Shown: in pieces, positions 30,665 through 40,781 of the stretch | How the letters are laid out: each line of letters opens with the position of its first letter | How positions within the stretch are numbered: position 1 is the first letter of the stretch | NCBI GenBank assembly: GCA_051599415.1 | Contig: AP039711.1 | Coordinates: 124,001-188,000 of the forward strand | From: Savitreella phatthalungensis | Taxonomy: Eukaryota | Direction: 5' to 3' | DNA length: 64,000 nt | Translations under genes and position numbers: made by a program | Notes under the pieces: model-generated | Databases searched by the model: none | The model's input: only the letters and a program-made list of their open reading frames with translations | Told to the model about the DNA's origin: nothing

Positions 30665-31885
30665 ATGCCTGCTCGCATGAGAGCGACTGCTAAAGCAGCG
30701 TCGCATGACGCTCGTTTTGATCTGTCAAAGTTCGAGAACGATGATGATGGTGATGGCGCCGACGGCACATCGTCACTATCTGGGTCTGATGAGGAGGATG
30801 CTGAAGAAGACCAGGAGAGCGAGGAGGATAATGAAGACGAAGACGTTCGTGATATCTCGAAAGGTACAGGCTCATCGAAGCGGAGGAGGCTAGTGAACAC
30901 GGTCGAGCCGAGTAAATCAACCGGCAAGAAATCCAATCTCTCAGGACTCCCTCAATTCACAGCGGATCTATCTTCCGAGAGCAGCAGCAGCGACGACGAT
31001 GACGACGACGACGATGACGGCGTCGACGAGGACGATGAGCCAGAGCCAAAAACATCACCAGAGACTCGCACAGAGGCAAATCTCGCCGAGACATCACTGA
31101 AGCGGAAGCGTGTAGAGATCGCATCGCTGACGCCGGAGGCGCTTGCTGATTTGGAGCGTCGTAAGGCTGCTTCTGGGGTGATTTATTTGTCGCGGGTGCC
31201 GCCGTTTATGAAGCCTACGAAGGTGCGGCACTTGCTTGCTCCGTTTGGCGAGATTGGTCGGATTTTCTTGGCGCCTGAGGACGATCGGTCTTACGCGCGC
31301 CGTGTCAAGAGCGGTGGGAACAAGCGCCGGCGGTATGTGGAAGGGTGGATTGAGTTTGCCGATCGGCGGCGAGCGAAGCTGGTCGCAAGGACGCTCAATA
31401 CGCGGCCTGTTGGGAGCACTGCGTCGGTGCTCGGTGCCGGGAGAGCTGGGAAGAAGGAGCGGTTTTACGCGGATGATTTGTGGAATCTGAAGTATCTGCC
31501 AAAGTTCAAGTGGGATGATCTGACAGCGCAGATTGCAGGCGAGCGGCGTGCGCAGGAGGCCAAGCTCAGGTCGGAGCTGCTACAGCAAGAGAGGGAGGAC
31601 AGGCATGTTGTCAGGCAGCAGCAGAAACACAGAGAGGTCGAGGCCATCAAGCGGACACGTCAACGCAGGGCCGAGGAGCGGCAAGCCGAGGGCAAGCAGC
31701 CACTCCCCGAGAAGCTGCGCCCCACGGAGAACACCGGCGCGCAGGGGAGAGGATTCAGGCAGAATGTGGTCATGGATCGCGCTGCAGCTGGCGGTGGCGA
31801 TGCTGCAGTTGCTAAGCCTATCAACAAGTCATCTGGAGGTGCTCATGGCGAGCCTCTGCAAAAGGTGCTCGACAGTATCTTCTAG
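30665..31885 (+). CDS. ESF2: Pre-rRNA processing protein Esf2/ABT1 (SSU processome)
   Basis: GVIYLSRVPPFMKP.KVRHLL..FGEIGRIFLAPED, EGWIEF, DDLWNLKYLPKFKWDDLT.QIA. Confidence 0.96.
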   Translation: MPARMRATAKAASHDARFDLSKFENDDDGDGADGTSSLSGSDEEDAEEDQESEEDNEDEDVRDISKGTGSSKRRRLVNTVEPSKSTGKKSNLSGLPQFTADLSSESSSSDDDDDDDDDGVDEDDEPEPKTSPETRTEANLAETSLKRKRVEIASLTPEALADLERRKAASGVIYLSRVPPFMKPTKVRHLLAPFGEIGRIFLAPEDDRSYARRVKSGGNKRRRYVEGWIEFADRRRAKLVARTLNTRPVGSTASVLGAGRAGKKERFYADDLWNLKYLPKFKWDDLTAQIAGERRAQEAKLRSELLQQEREDRHVVRQQQKHREVEAIKRTRQRRAEERQAEGKQPLPEKLRPTENTGAQGRGFRQNVVMDRAAAGGGDAAVAKPINKSSGGAHGEPLQKVLDSIF

Positions 31886-31926
31886 TCATTCCGGATTAAT
31901 GTATTTTGCCATATCTAGCTCATGCA

Positions 31927-33117
31927 TCACTTGTGGATGTGTTCGTCGTCAAGCTCATCTGCGCTCCCGTGCACTTCATCTTCGGAGTCCCCCTCTGCCT
32001 CTCCTTCTTCCTCGTCAGCATCTTCACTCCCGTCATCGACCTCATCCTCCGAGGTTTTCTGTCTCTCCTCGGCTTTTGACCTTGCAAAAGCCTGGTCGAG
32101 TTCCTTAAGCTGACGCTTTGTGAGGGATCCGGATGCTGCGACGACTCGATCGATTCTGTTGTCCTTTGCGTTTGTCTCTTCCTGCAGATCTTTGCGAATT
32201 TGCTGGAGATCAGGGAGCTGGCCGGTGTAGTGATAGTCGAATTTGCGAGCAAAGTAGGAGACGAGTGCATTGACATCACGCTCGAATTGCTCTTGTGCTT
32301 CATCGTGGTCAATCGAGATCATCTGTGGGAAGTCGATGACTGTTGGCGTACCGTCCTCTGCAACGAGGATATTGAACTCGTTTAAATCACCGTGCACAAG
32401 CCCGTCCCTCGCCAGTCTTTCAGCGAATCCCAGCAGCTTCTCCAGCAGGAGCTCCGGGTCTAGACACGTATCGATCTGATTCAGCGGAAGGGCGTCGACC
32501 AATGACATCACCACACAGTGTTTCTGGCGACCGAATGGTTTCGGGATCGGGTAGCCGCGAGCGTGGAGTTCGACCATGAAGGCGTGCTCTCGCTCTGCAG
32601 ACATGCGCGACAGGTATTGCCACGACGATACGTCGGTGTTGTCTGTTTTTGCTGGGTTGCCGCGCTTGTTGTTGGACCTGCCGTAGTTGCGCTTGGTTCT
32701 GGCGGCGTTGCGGAACGAGGTTCTGCCGAGTCTGTGGAATTTGACGATGCAGTCGTCGCCTGCGTCTGTAGCGCACGCATACACGTCTGCTTCTTTCCCA
32801 ACACCAATCTGGTTGCCGACGGCGGCGAGGACGCCGCGCTTGGCGAGCACACGCATCGCAAGGTGGTCCGCGCCCATTCCTGTCAACCGGTACCCGTCGT
32901 ACGCCTGCCGCTGGCCTGGCAGGCGGCCAATCAGTTTGGCCTTCGCGAGCGTTGATATGCACCGGTCGACGTGTGAGGGAGCGCGCATACCACTCAGCTG
33001 GTGTATCAGTTTTGTGGGTACCAGCTCATGGTTTCGTGAGCCAGCGTCCACGGCCCCGAGGACGCGGAAGTCGTCTGGCGTCAGGTACCGCATATGTGCA
33101 GTATTTAGATTAACCAT
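31927..33117 (-). CDS. RIO2: Atypical kinase Rio2 (40S maturation)
   Basis: DFRVL.AV..GSRNHELVP, GNQIGVGKEAD, KFHRLGRTSFR, HGDLNEFNIL, IDFPQMISIDH. Confidence 0.97.
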   Translation of the reverse strand: MVNLNTAHMRYLTPDDFRVLGAVDAGSRNHELVPTKLIHQLSGMRAPSHVDRCISTLAKAKLIGRLPGQRQAYDGYRLTGMGADHLAMRVLAKRGVLAAVGNQIGVGKEADVYACATDAGDDCIVKFHRLGRTSFRNAARTKRNYGRSNNKRGNPAKTDNTDVSSWQYLSRMSAEREHAFMVELHARGYPIPKPFGRQKHCVVMSLVDALPLNQIDTCLDPELLLEKLLGFAERLARDGLVHGDLNEFNILVAEDGTPTVIDFPQMISIDHDEAQEQFERDVNALVSYFARKFDYHYTGQLPDLQQIRKDLQEETNAKDNRIDRVVAASGSLTKRQLKELDQAFARSKAEERQKTSEDEVDDGSEDADEEEGEAEGDSEDEVHGSADELDDEHIHK

Positions 33118-33411
33118 CTCCGTCCTGCTCGCTAGCTGTCTCGACTGTTTGAAGGGTCTGACTGTGGCCTATGTCCTGAGTTGTTGTGCCTTGAGGAGGT
33201 GTCTGTGGTATGGTTGATACTGATTAATTGATCCTCGTTCAGAGTGAGAATGCTTGAACGGCGAGGCGTTATGTTACGATTGCCTAATTGGGAAATCCGT
33301 GGACATGGATGACCGTGGTACAAAGGACACCGCAGCGCCAGCATCCATCCGACGTACAAGCACACCAGTGCGAGGGACTCTATCAGCGTGTGATTCGCTT
33401 GTACCGCTCAT

Positions 33412-34137
33412 ATGACAGCTTATAGGGAGCTACAAGAATGGTCTGATGCAGTCGGATGTATCTTTATCGATCGACAGACGCGGGGGGACTTGGCGGACGA
33501 AGACTTCAATCGATGGTTGTACGAGGATGCGCTGTACGTGCGTGCGTTTGCGTACTTTCTCGCTAGACTTCTGGTGACGCTCGACGCACAGGAGCCATCG
33601 GCATTCAGAGAAAAAGCGATCGAGGTATGCAAAGCTGGCTATGCTTCTCTGTCTGCAGAGCACGATGTCTTTGTCGGGCAGGCTATAGCTAGGGGCGTTG
33701 TTTTGCCTGATGACTTTGCCATACACAATTCAGACTACCGGCAGGAAGCCTCAGAATCAGCAACTTCGGCAGCTGCAGCCGAGAGATTCTCAAAGGACTG
33801 CAAGACCAAAGCTTGCGCTGAGTACGTCCACCTGCTTTGCGATACACTTGACGAAGATAGCGCGGAAGTGCGCATTTGGATGCTGTTGGCGATCGAAGAT
33901 TGCTACTTCACTGCTTGGCGGAGGGTGCGCGATGGCGGCAAATTCGATAGCTTGCCCACGAGTGTGCGAACTTTCGTTGACTGGTGGTCGAACGATGGAT
34001 TCGGCGCGTATGTTCAGGACATTCGTACCGCTGCAGAGTCGGCGGTCCTCCCTGAGGCGGATGTCGTCCGCCTGAATGAGCTGATGCGCACTATGCTCAA
34101 GTTGGAGAAGCAGTTCTTCGACGACAGCCTATCATAG
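33412..34137 (+). CDS. TenA_E / heme-oxygenase-like thiamine salvage protein
   Basis: FNRWLYEDALYV, AIEDCY (Glu at the position where TenA_C has its catalytic Cys), WSNDGF..YV, LE.QFFD. Confidence 0.8.
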   Translation: MTAYRELQEWSDAVGCIFIDRQTRGDLADEDFNRWLYEDALYVRAFAYFLARLLVTLDAQEPSAFREKAIEVCKAGYASLSAEHDVFVGQAIARGVVLPDDFAIHNSDYRQEASESATSAAAAERFSKDCKTKACAEYVHLLCDTLDEDSAEVRIWMLLAIEDCYFTAWRRVRDGGKFDSLPTSVRTFVDWWSNDGFGAYVQDIRTAAESAVLPEADVVRLNELMRTMLKLEKQFFDDSLS

Positions 34138-34155
34138 ATGATCGCGCTTTATAAC

Positions 34156-35886
34156 TCATGACATGATGCTCTGCTGGACCAAGTTTCCTTCAGAGTCAAA
34201 CAACGGGAGGAGGAATGACTGTGGCTGAATGATCGCGTTGTGCCATAGTGCCGTTTTGATCAGAGGAGTATTCGAGCCGATCGACTGCAGCGTGCTGATG
34301 TCATCGAATGAGGCATGCGTATCTGCGGAAGAAGCTGGTTTGGCCATCGACGACAGCTTCTTCGCGAAAGCGCCTGCCGGTGTAACAGGCGCCAGCAGTA
34401 GACGTCTATCCTCTAGATTCACCCAGGTACGCAACTCCTCATTCAGGCTGCCCAACTTAGCTCCTTTTCCAGCTCTGCTGCGGACGTGTTCGTGGAAGTA
34501 CGTGAAGGCATTCGGGTCTAGCATAAGTGGCCGGGCGAAAGTTGGTGCAGATTCCTCGTACAGCGCATAGCTCGAGATTGACTCTAGCGCGAGTTGCATA
34601 TTGTCGTTGTGAGCTTGAGGAGCAAGCGCGTACGCCCACACGTTTAGTGGCGGGCCGAGTCGATCTGAGACGCCATGTTTTGCCGCCGTCACTAACGCGT
34701 AGTGCAGCATGTATGGACTCGCTTGCGTGTCTCCCGGCAGGTGTATGAGGAAGTGATTCGAATCGATAGGCATCCACCCGTCTATCACGTCGGTGCCGCT
34801 CATTGATGTCCTGTCGGTCTTCAGGTAGCTGTGGCGGAGTGAGATGGCAGATGTAGGCCAGCCCGTCTCGCGAAGCTTGCTGACCGCCTTCAAGACGGCT
34901 TGCGGATCCCGATCGTCGAAGGTCAGTGTGAGGTGAGGTTGTCGATCCCGCAGCGGGATGTGCAGATCTGCTAGGGATTGGAAGAGCTTCTCGAGAAATC
35001 CCAGGTGGGTGGTGGCATCGACGTGGATGTCGATGCGGAAGTCCGAGATACTTCGGAGCTGTCGTGGGTCGAGAGACGACATCCAGGCGGAATTGGCCAC
35101 TTCATTCTCCTGGAGGACGATAGGAGTGATCCAAGCCATGTTGTGTGCTGACAAGGCAGCACGCATGAACGAAGGCTTTGGGTGATCATCGCCATCGCCG
35201 TAGATGACTGTCACAGCCCTCAAGCGGCTCAAGTATCGTAGGACCTCTAAGGTGTAAGCGTGAACATTCTCCGACGCTGGGGCACGCCCGTCATAGACGT
35301 GGAGTGGGCAATCATCCCGCTCTAGGCCATGGACTTCTTTTAGCCCGGCGAGCGAGGTCTTGCCCCTTCCAAGGACAAGCAACCTGACAGCAGCATCGGG
35401 ATTCGCAGCTGCATACGAGCAAGCCAGCCCAATCATCGCCTGATCGTGCTGGGCGAGCTCGTGGATTGCAAATACAGTGGCGCCGAGAGCTGCCGTGGAG
35501 AAGATGTTGATGGGGCTGCGTAAGGTGCCGCGAGGGCCGCTAGGTACCATGTTGCCATCTGTGGTTTCGAAGTCTGTGGTGAAGGCCTGTGTGAGGGTAG
35601 GCAGAAGTCCTGCATCTTTCGATGAACTGGAGACGAGTACCTCGTCCTGGTCAGCAGCTGCTGTCTTCGACAAACGCTGCCAGCCGTAGTGATTCTTCGA
35701 TCGTGACGATCCACTGGCAAAGACATAGTAAATCCCGCTCATCAGGACGACCATGAGAAAGATCTTGATGATTGAGAAGTACCGTCTTCTGAAGGCTGTA
35801 GTGCGACCATTTAAATTCATCATTCGGGATGTCCATCGAGGCTGTTTCTTGTCTTTGACCTCATGCTGGGTCCATGGCAAGCCCAT
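34156..35886 (-). CDS. Type II membrane protein, fungal glycosyltransferase-2-like family (divergent)
   Basis: N-terminal TM (IIKIFLMVVLMSGIYYVFA); LAC..A....V.L.+.GR...L..V.G....C.....DGR segment; L.KL..SL and W.P.D..HFL+.L......SP motifs. First ATG at 35886. Confidence 0.6.
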   Translation of the reverse strand: MGLPWTQHEVKDKKQPRWTSRMMNLNGRTTAFRRRYFSIIKIFLMVVLMSGIYYVFASGSSRSKNHYGWQRLSKTAAADQDEVLVSSSSKDAGLLPTLTQAFTTDFETTDGNMVPSGPRGTLRSPINIFSTAALGATVFAIHELAQHDQAMIGLACSYAAANPDAAVRLLVLGRGKTSLAGLKEVHGLERDDCPLHVYDGRAPASENVHAYTLEVLRYLSRLRAVTVIYGDGDDHPKPSFMRAALSAHNMAWITPIVLQENEVANSAWMSSLDPRQLRSISDFRIDIHVDATTHLGFLEKLFQSLADLHIPLRDRQPHLTLTFDDRDPQAVLKAVSKLRETGWPTSAISLRHSYLKTDRTSMSGTDVIDGWMPIDSNHFLIHLPGDTQASPYMLHYALVTAAKHGVSDRLGPPLNVWAYALAPQAHNDNMQLALESISSYALYEESAPTFARPLMLDPNAFTYFHEHVRSRAGKGAKLGSLNEELRTWVNLEDRRLLLAPVTPAGAFAKKLSSMAKPASSADTHASFDDISTLQSIGSNTPLIKTALWHNAIIQPQSFLLPLFDSEGNLVQQSIMS

Positions 35887-36227
35887 GGCTAGCAAGCCAC
35901 AGTACTGCTCTGGCACGTAACAGACACAGAGAACGCCTTAGACCGTGACCCCAGGGAGGATTGTTGGAGCTTGATTAACTCGGAGCTCTTGAAGAGAGAG
36001 ATCTCGAGAGTCTGGGGTAAATCAGTGACTGGATCATCGTGACTGCTACTAAAATTAGACTGCACTTTTTTTTGACAGGTCTGTAGATCATAAAAAATCT
36101 GACAACCGATACATCTAATCGCCGGCAACTGCGGCGAGGATGTGACTCAATACACTCGCCTGGGTTACAACACGGATAGTAGCTGTACATGATATACATC
36201 TATGTGCTTGAACCTGACCTGTGAGAT

Positions 36228-39200
36228 CTAAGAGAAGAAGTACTTTGATTCTCGCAGTCGGTTGACGTCAAAGTCGCCCTTGTTCGGGATCGGCGGGAAC
36301 TTGATAGGTAGCCAGAGCATGTTGCAGTTGAGGAAGTGCTTGTGTGCTTCGAGTTCTTCTGGCGTGAAATGGGAGCTCTCGGACGGGATGTCAGGACCGT
36401 CGTCTTCGATTGGCTCTTCATCTTCGCCTTCTTCAATCTCGTGACGAGATCCTTTCTTGCCCGCGGCGACATTCATCGCTAGCAGCTTGGCTCGCCCGCC
36501 AGCGCGCTTGATGGTCAGGCGCTTGTGATCACGAATCTCATTCGCTAGGATCTCATCCTTGACGACGATTGCGCGCGTTCCAGGCACCACCTGCACCTTA
36601 CCCAGGCGGAAGTGCTCCGCCTGGAGTGCATACCTGTACGTGCCGAGCTTATGCACTTTGGCCGCATACGGGTGGAGGTGATCGCGGTAACGGAAGACAA
36701 ACTCGTCTCGCAACTTGGTCATCAGGTCAGCTGAGTGGAGTTTGATGAATGCATCTCGTAGGACCGCGTTCATCGTGTCTGTGTCAGCTGCATGTGTCCA
36801 GTATGAGTCGTGGACCGCAGCAAAGGCTATTCCCTGATCTCTGCACGCCAGTGCTGACATGAGCATGTGTGTGGCGTCGAGCGAGTGGATGTAGTTAGGT
36901 GGGAAGCCACCTGCCTGCTTGCGCGAATCGACAAGCTGCGCATCTGACGGATCTGCCAAGTAGACAGTCTGAAGATTGGTCATAATCTGCTTGCGGACTT
37001 CCTTCCGGTATGGCTGAACGACGGGGAGGTCGAGCGGTGTGGTCCAGATGACAGCTGTCATGTGCTCCCCAGCGCCTTCTGCTAGAGCTTCGCGGGTGAC
37101 GCTTTTAGTGATGAGCAGCGATGCTTCGCGTAGCCAGTTCTGGATCTCGTGAGCTCCGCCGAACATCGACTGGAGTGCTTTGAAGGTCTTCGTTGTGAGA
37201 TACGTTGTCAGGGCAAACATCTCGTCATCACAGAAGGAGTCAAGGTTGCGTAGCTGATTCTCAATCTGAGCGCGAGCTCCAATATAGGTGACACCATAGA
37301 CGTTCGTCATGACCGTCTGCTTGACGACCTTGCGGGAGATGCGACCACGGAGACGAAGTGCTTTGTCGTTACCTGATGCAGCTTCTTCATCGACCTCACG
37401 CGACACGATCTCCGCCACTCCCTTGTAAACGTCTTGTGGTCGGTCGGAAGGCTCGAGATTCACTTGCTTCGCTCCGATGATGTCTCCACCGAGGGCTGCG
37501 TAGTGCTGCAGACCGTTGCACGTGCCATCCTGGTGGACCGGTAGACTGGACTCGAACATGGCAGGGTCAGGGTGCCTGAGAGCCGCTGCAAGTTCCATGC
37601 AGGATGCCAAGCACTGCCAAGGATTCTCTACCTCTCGCCACCATTGACTGCCGTCCATAGGATGATCGGCTGCTTCGAAGACCTGCTCGGCGTGCTCATC
37701 AGCGTACGTGACGCGCTCTTCGAAAGACGCCTTGTCGTACCCACACTGGTTTGCAAAGTGGATCTTCAGCCAACGGAGGCCAGACGCGCCAAGGGGACGG
37801 GATTCGGCAAACCGCAACAGTCCTCTGCAGAGATCGTTTCCGAGGTGGTTGAAGTGTGGCGGGATCGGGTAAGCTCTGCCTCTAAAATCGAGCGAGTGCG
37901 GGAAATAGATCTTGTCGTGCAAGAAGGCTCGGGCGATCTCGAGTTTGTAGTTGTAGTCACTGCGAACTGAGGCAGCATTGCGGACAGTCTGCGTCAGCTC
38001 CTTGAGACGTTCATTGTACATGAAGCGCTCCTTTGGCTCTGCATTTGATGGTGGCATCGGTGGCACATTGAGCTCGAGTTCGGCGGGCGGGATCTTGGCA
38101 AAGCCTTGACCGGAATTCCACGCTTCGACCGCGCAGTCAAACACCTTACGATTGATGCGCCACGAAGTCGCGCCTAGTACGTCAAGACCAGCGAGGACTG
38201 TGTCAAGCCTGCCCTCGCGAGACGCCTGAGCAACATAGTCTCGTTGCTCGTTTGACTGCTTTGCTCGAAGCGCCCGGGTGGGCGTGTAAAAGTAGCCGCC
38301 GGAGTTCCACGAGAACCATGGCTTTGGTTGCACGAGCATAGGAAGGTAACGAGGGAAGACATTGCCTTTGAGTGGCTCAGAAGAAAGCTGTCCGATCAAT
38401 TGCTCGTTGATCTTGAGCACTCCAAGACGTTGGCCTCGATTGTACTGATATGTGTGAATGAAAGCGCTGACATCTTGAACGAGGCGCTCACCAGTGACTT
38501 CGGAGACAGTCTCGAGCTCGATTCGTGCAGCGTGGATCAGGAATGACAGCATGAGCGCGCCGACTCTGGCGCGCATAGCAGGCGACCAAGATGCCTTGAA
38601 TAGGCCAGAGTCACGACGATCGATTTGCTCTGCCTGCATTCGGCGCACTGTCATGTTGAAAAGTTTCTCACTTTGCACAAGAGTCTTGTAGTCCATGCCG
38701 ATGACATCCTGGACGTTTTTGCCCTTGAGGATATGCGCTTGGTATTCAAGCTCGAGAGCTTGTCCGATTTTTGTCACAACGGCAGCCGTCTTGGCTAGTT
38801 CGCCGCCAAGTGTCATGTAGCACCGGAGAACCTCGAGAATGGTGATGGCCGCCATCTTTTCTGGTTTCAAGAGGAAGAGCAATGGGCCGTACTCGCGGCG
38901 AGTTCGCTGAGCGGCTTCAGTCTCAAGTCCAGCTTTGAGCTCTTCGTAGTCTGCCACCCGCTCATCGCGGTGGAAGGTGTTAGCTGGTCCATGGCCTGAA
39001 CGCTTGTCTCTTGGGTTCTTGATGTTGTTGTCAGTGGCTCGGTGATCGACCCTAGCGAGTTCCTCCTTGATGAGTGGCAACATATCCTCCTTCCATTGCC
39101 AGAACATCGCGTTCAAGGACCGCTTGTAATTGAGCTGGCCACGCTTCTTCATGTCTTCGTGCTCTTCACGCCAACGCTGCATCGCTGCATCAACAGCATT

Positions 39201-40211
39201 CTCCTCCAGCATTCTTTGTCGGGCAAATTGGAATGCCAAATCATCATCAATGGATCCGTCCTCTGATGTCTTGGCAGCAGCGTAGTCTTGGGCCTTGACC
39301 TCGATATAGGCGTTTGGATCCACTAGCGCCTGGAGACTGAACTTGACATGCTGGAGACCTCTGCCGGATTGTCGGACAGGCAGCAGTTCTGGGACATCGG
39401 CAAGAGGATGTGCTTTATCGTGGATGGCAATCAGCTTTCTGAATTGAGGTCCGAGCTGACGGTAATCGAGACCTGCGAGTTGGAAGATGGTCCTGACTTC
39501 GTCAACCGAAAGGACATCAGAGACAGCTAGTACTTCTCCGAAGTCCGCCTTTTCCAGCTGCCACTGCCTTGCGAAGTCTCGCACGTATGATTGCTGATCA
39601 GAGACGTTCTCGAGTTTGAGTGCCCCCTTGCACAGCAAAGCGTAGGTCAGCCGGTCTCCGAGGATACTCCAATTTTTCTGCCAAGACTTGATGAAGGTGA
39701 CAGCCCTTTCCATTTCCTCCACAGATGAAAGCTTCCTGATCAATGCGCCGAGATACCGATTGGCGCATACGCGAGTCGTGCTGTCGTCACAAAGATGACG
39801 GACCTGGTCGAGCATGACCTCTGCTCTGGAGAGGTTGTTTGTCTCGATGCAAGCGTTATACAGTGCGAGAGCATCATCGGCTGTTCGTATTCTCGCAGAA
39901 GGCATCTTGCGTTTTGTCGGCGGACGGAACTCTGGTCTGGGTAAGATAAGTGGTTCTCTCGCTGGGCGGACTTGACCATCTGATGCGAGGGGTAGCGAGG
40001 CGGGGTCAGCGTGTCGAGTGAATGTCGCATAAACCTCATCTTCGGGAGTCGTCTGAACAGCTGCATGAAGAGTCCTTACAATCGCTGAACGCTGGGTAGA
40101 TGGCGTGGATACGGTCTGTGTAGCTCTAGATATATGCAGAGCTGAGGAAGCTGGCTTGGACCTGGCCGCAGCTCTGACAGCGGGCGCAGTATGTTTGAGC
40201 GCTGAGCGCAT
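36228..40211 (-). CDS. RPO41: Mitochondrial (T7-like) DNA-directed RNA polymerase
   Basis: Basic presequence; DFRGRAYPIPPH, HQDGTCNGLQHYAALG, RKVVKQTVMTNVYGVT, PPNYIHSLDATHM, VHDSYWTH, terminal YFFS. Confidence 0.98.
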   Translation of the reverse strand: MRSALKHTAPAVRAAARSKPASSALHISRATQTVSTPSTQRSAIVRTLHAAVQTTPEDEVYATFTRHADPASLPLASDGQVRPAREPLILPRPEFRPPTKRKMPSARIRTADDALALYNACIETNNLSRAEVMLDQVRHLCDDSTTRVCANRYLGALIRKLSSVEEMERAVTFIKSWQKNWSILGDRLTYALLCKGALKLENVSDQQSYVRDFARQWQLEKADFGEVLAVSDVLSVDEVRTIFQLAGLDYRQLGPQFRKLIAIHDKAHPLADVPELLPVRQSGRGLQHVKFSLQALVDPNAYIEVKAQDYAAAKTSEDGSIDDDLAFQFARQRMLEENAVDAAMQRWREEHEDMKKRGQLNYKRSLNAMFWQWKEDMLPLIKEELARVDHRATDNNIKNPRDKRSGHGPANTFHRDERVADYEELKAGLETEAAQRTRREYGPLLFLLKPEKMAAITILEVLRCYMTLGGELAKTAAVVTKIGQALELEYQAHILKGKNVQDVIGMDYKTLVQSEKLFNMTVRRMQAEQIDRRDSGLFKASWSPAMRARVGALMLSFLIHAARIELETVSEVTGERLVQDVSAFIHTYQYNRGQRLGVLKINEQLIGQLSSEPLKGNVFPRYLPMLVQPKPWFSWNSGGYFYTPTRALRAKQSNEQRDYVAQASREGRLDTVLAGLDVLGATSWRINRKVFDCAVEAWNSGQGFAKIPPAELELNVPPMPPSNAEPKERFMYNERLKELTQTVRNAASVRSDYNYKLEIARAFLHDKIYFPHSLDFRGRAYPIPPHFNHLGNDLCRGLLRFAESRPLGASGLRWLKIHFANQCGYDKASFEERVTYADEHAEQVFEAADHPMDGSQWWREVENPWQCLASCMELAAALRHPDPAMFESSLPVHQDGTCNGLQHYAALGGDIIGAKQVNLEPSDRPQDVYKGVAEIVSREVDEEAASGNDKALRLRGRISRKVVKQTVMTNVYGVTYIGARAQIENQLRNLDSFCDDEMFALTTYLTTKTFKALQSMFGGAHEIQNWLREASLLITKSVTREALAEGAGEHMTAVIWTTPLDLPVVQPYRKEVRKQIMTNLQTVYLADPSDAQLVDSRKQAGGFPPNYIHSLDATHMLMSALACRDQGIAFAAVHDSYWTHAADTDTMNAVLRDAFIKLHSADLMTKLRDEFVFRYRDHLHPYAAKVHKLGTYRYALQAEHFRLGKVQVVPGTRAIVVKDEILANEIRDHKRLTIKRAGGRAKLLAMNVAAGKKGSRHEIEEGEDEEPIEDDGPDIPSESSHFTPEELEAHKHFLNCNMLWLPIKFPPIPNKGDFDVNRLRESKYFFS

Positions 40212-40541
40212 CTCCCTGTAAGTCTTTTGACTATACGGTATGGTCTATAGACACTTTTGTACAGTCGTTTGAGGATGTCTGCGTGAAGAACGACTATGAC
40301 GATGTCTTGTGCCTTGCTCGTTCCAGTGTATGATCCAAAGAGATTGGAGAGTGGATGAGGCGTGCATTGGATGAATTTGATCGATCATCCATCAGATCGT
40401 CTACGTAACCGTTGCAAAATCGATTTCATCCTGGGCGTCACCCAAAATCATTGGTTTGTATATGCACACAGCTCCAGACAATTAAGAGCCTATACTGTAG
40501 CTCGATCAATGGCGGGTGTCTTTATCGTGAGCACCATTAAC

Positions 40542-40685
40542 GTCACAAGGCTGGTATCCCGGTCACAAGGCTGGTATCCCGGTCACAAGGCTGGTATCCC
40601 GGTCACAAGGCTGGTATCCCGGTCACAAGGCTGGTATCCCGGTCACAAGGCTGGTATCCCGGTCACAAGGCTGGTATCCCGGTCA
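40542..40685. repeat. Perfect tandem repeat, about 7.2 x 20 bp (GTCACAAGGCTGGTATCCCG)
   Basis: Identical units with no spacers, between the NMD3 stop and the RPO41 start. Confidence 0.98.
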
Positions 40686-40781
40686 GAAGTGTTGAAAAAC
40701 TAGCAAGCACAAGGAGTGAGCGTCAATATGGGCCTCAATCATCAAGAGAATCGTCAGCTCTAGAGTATCTACGTATCATAG

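Noticed and set aside
33118..33411. Possible TPP riboswitch upstream of the TenA gene
   Set aside because: Only scattered partial matches (GTGAGAA, ACCAGTGCGAGGGA). There is no CTGAGA plus TGAT..GGATAAT.CCAGCG core and no intron; an Infernal search with the TPP model would settle it.
40362..40703. 113-aa ORF with repeated VTRLVSRSQGWYPGHKAGIP peptide; also considered as a CRISPR-like array
   Set aside because: The peptide repeat is a by-product of the stop-free 20-bp tandem unit and the ORF has a GTG start. The units have no spacers and the context is eukaryotic, so it is not CRISPR.
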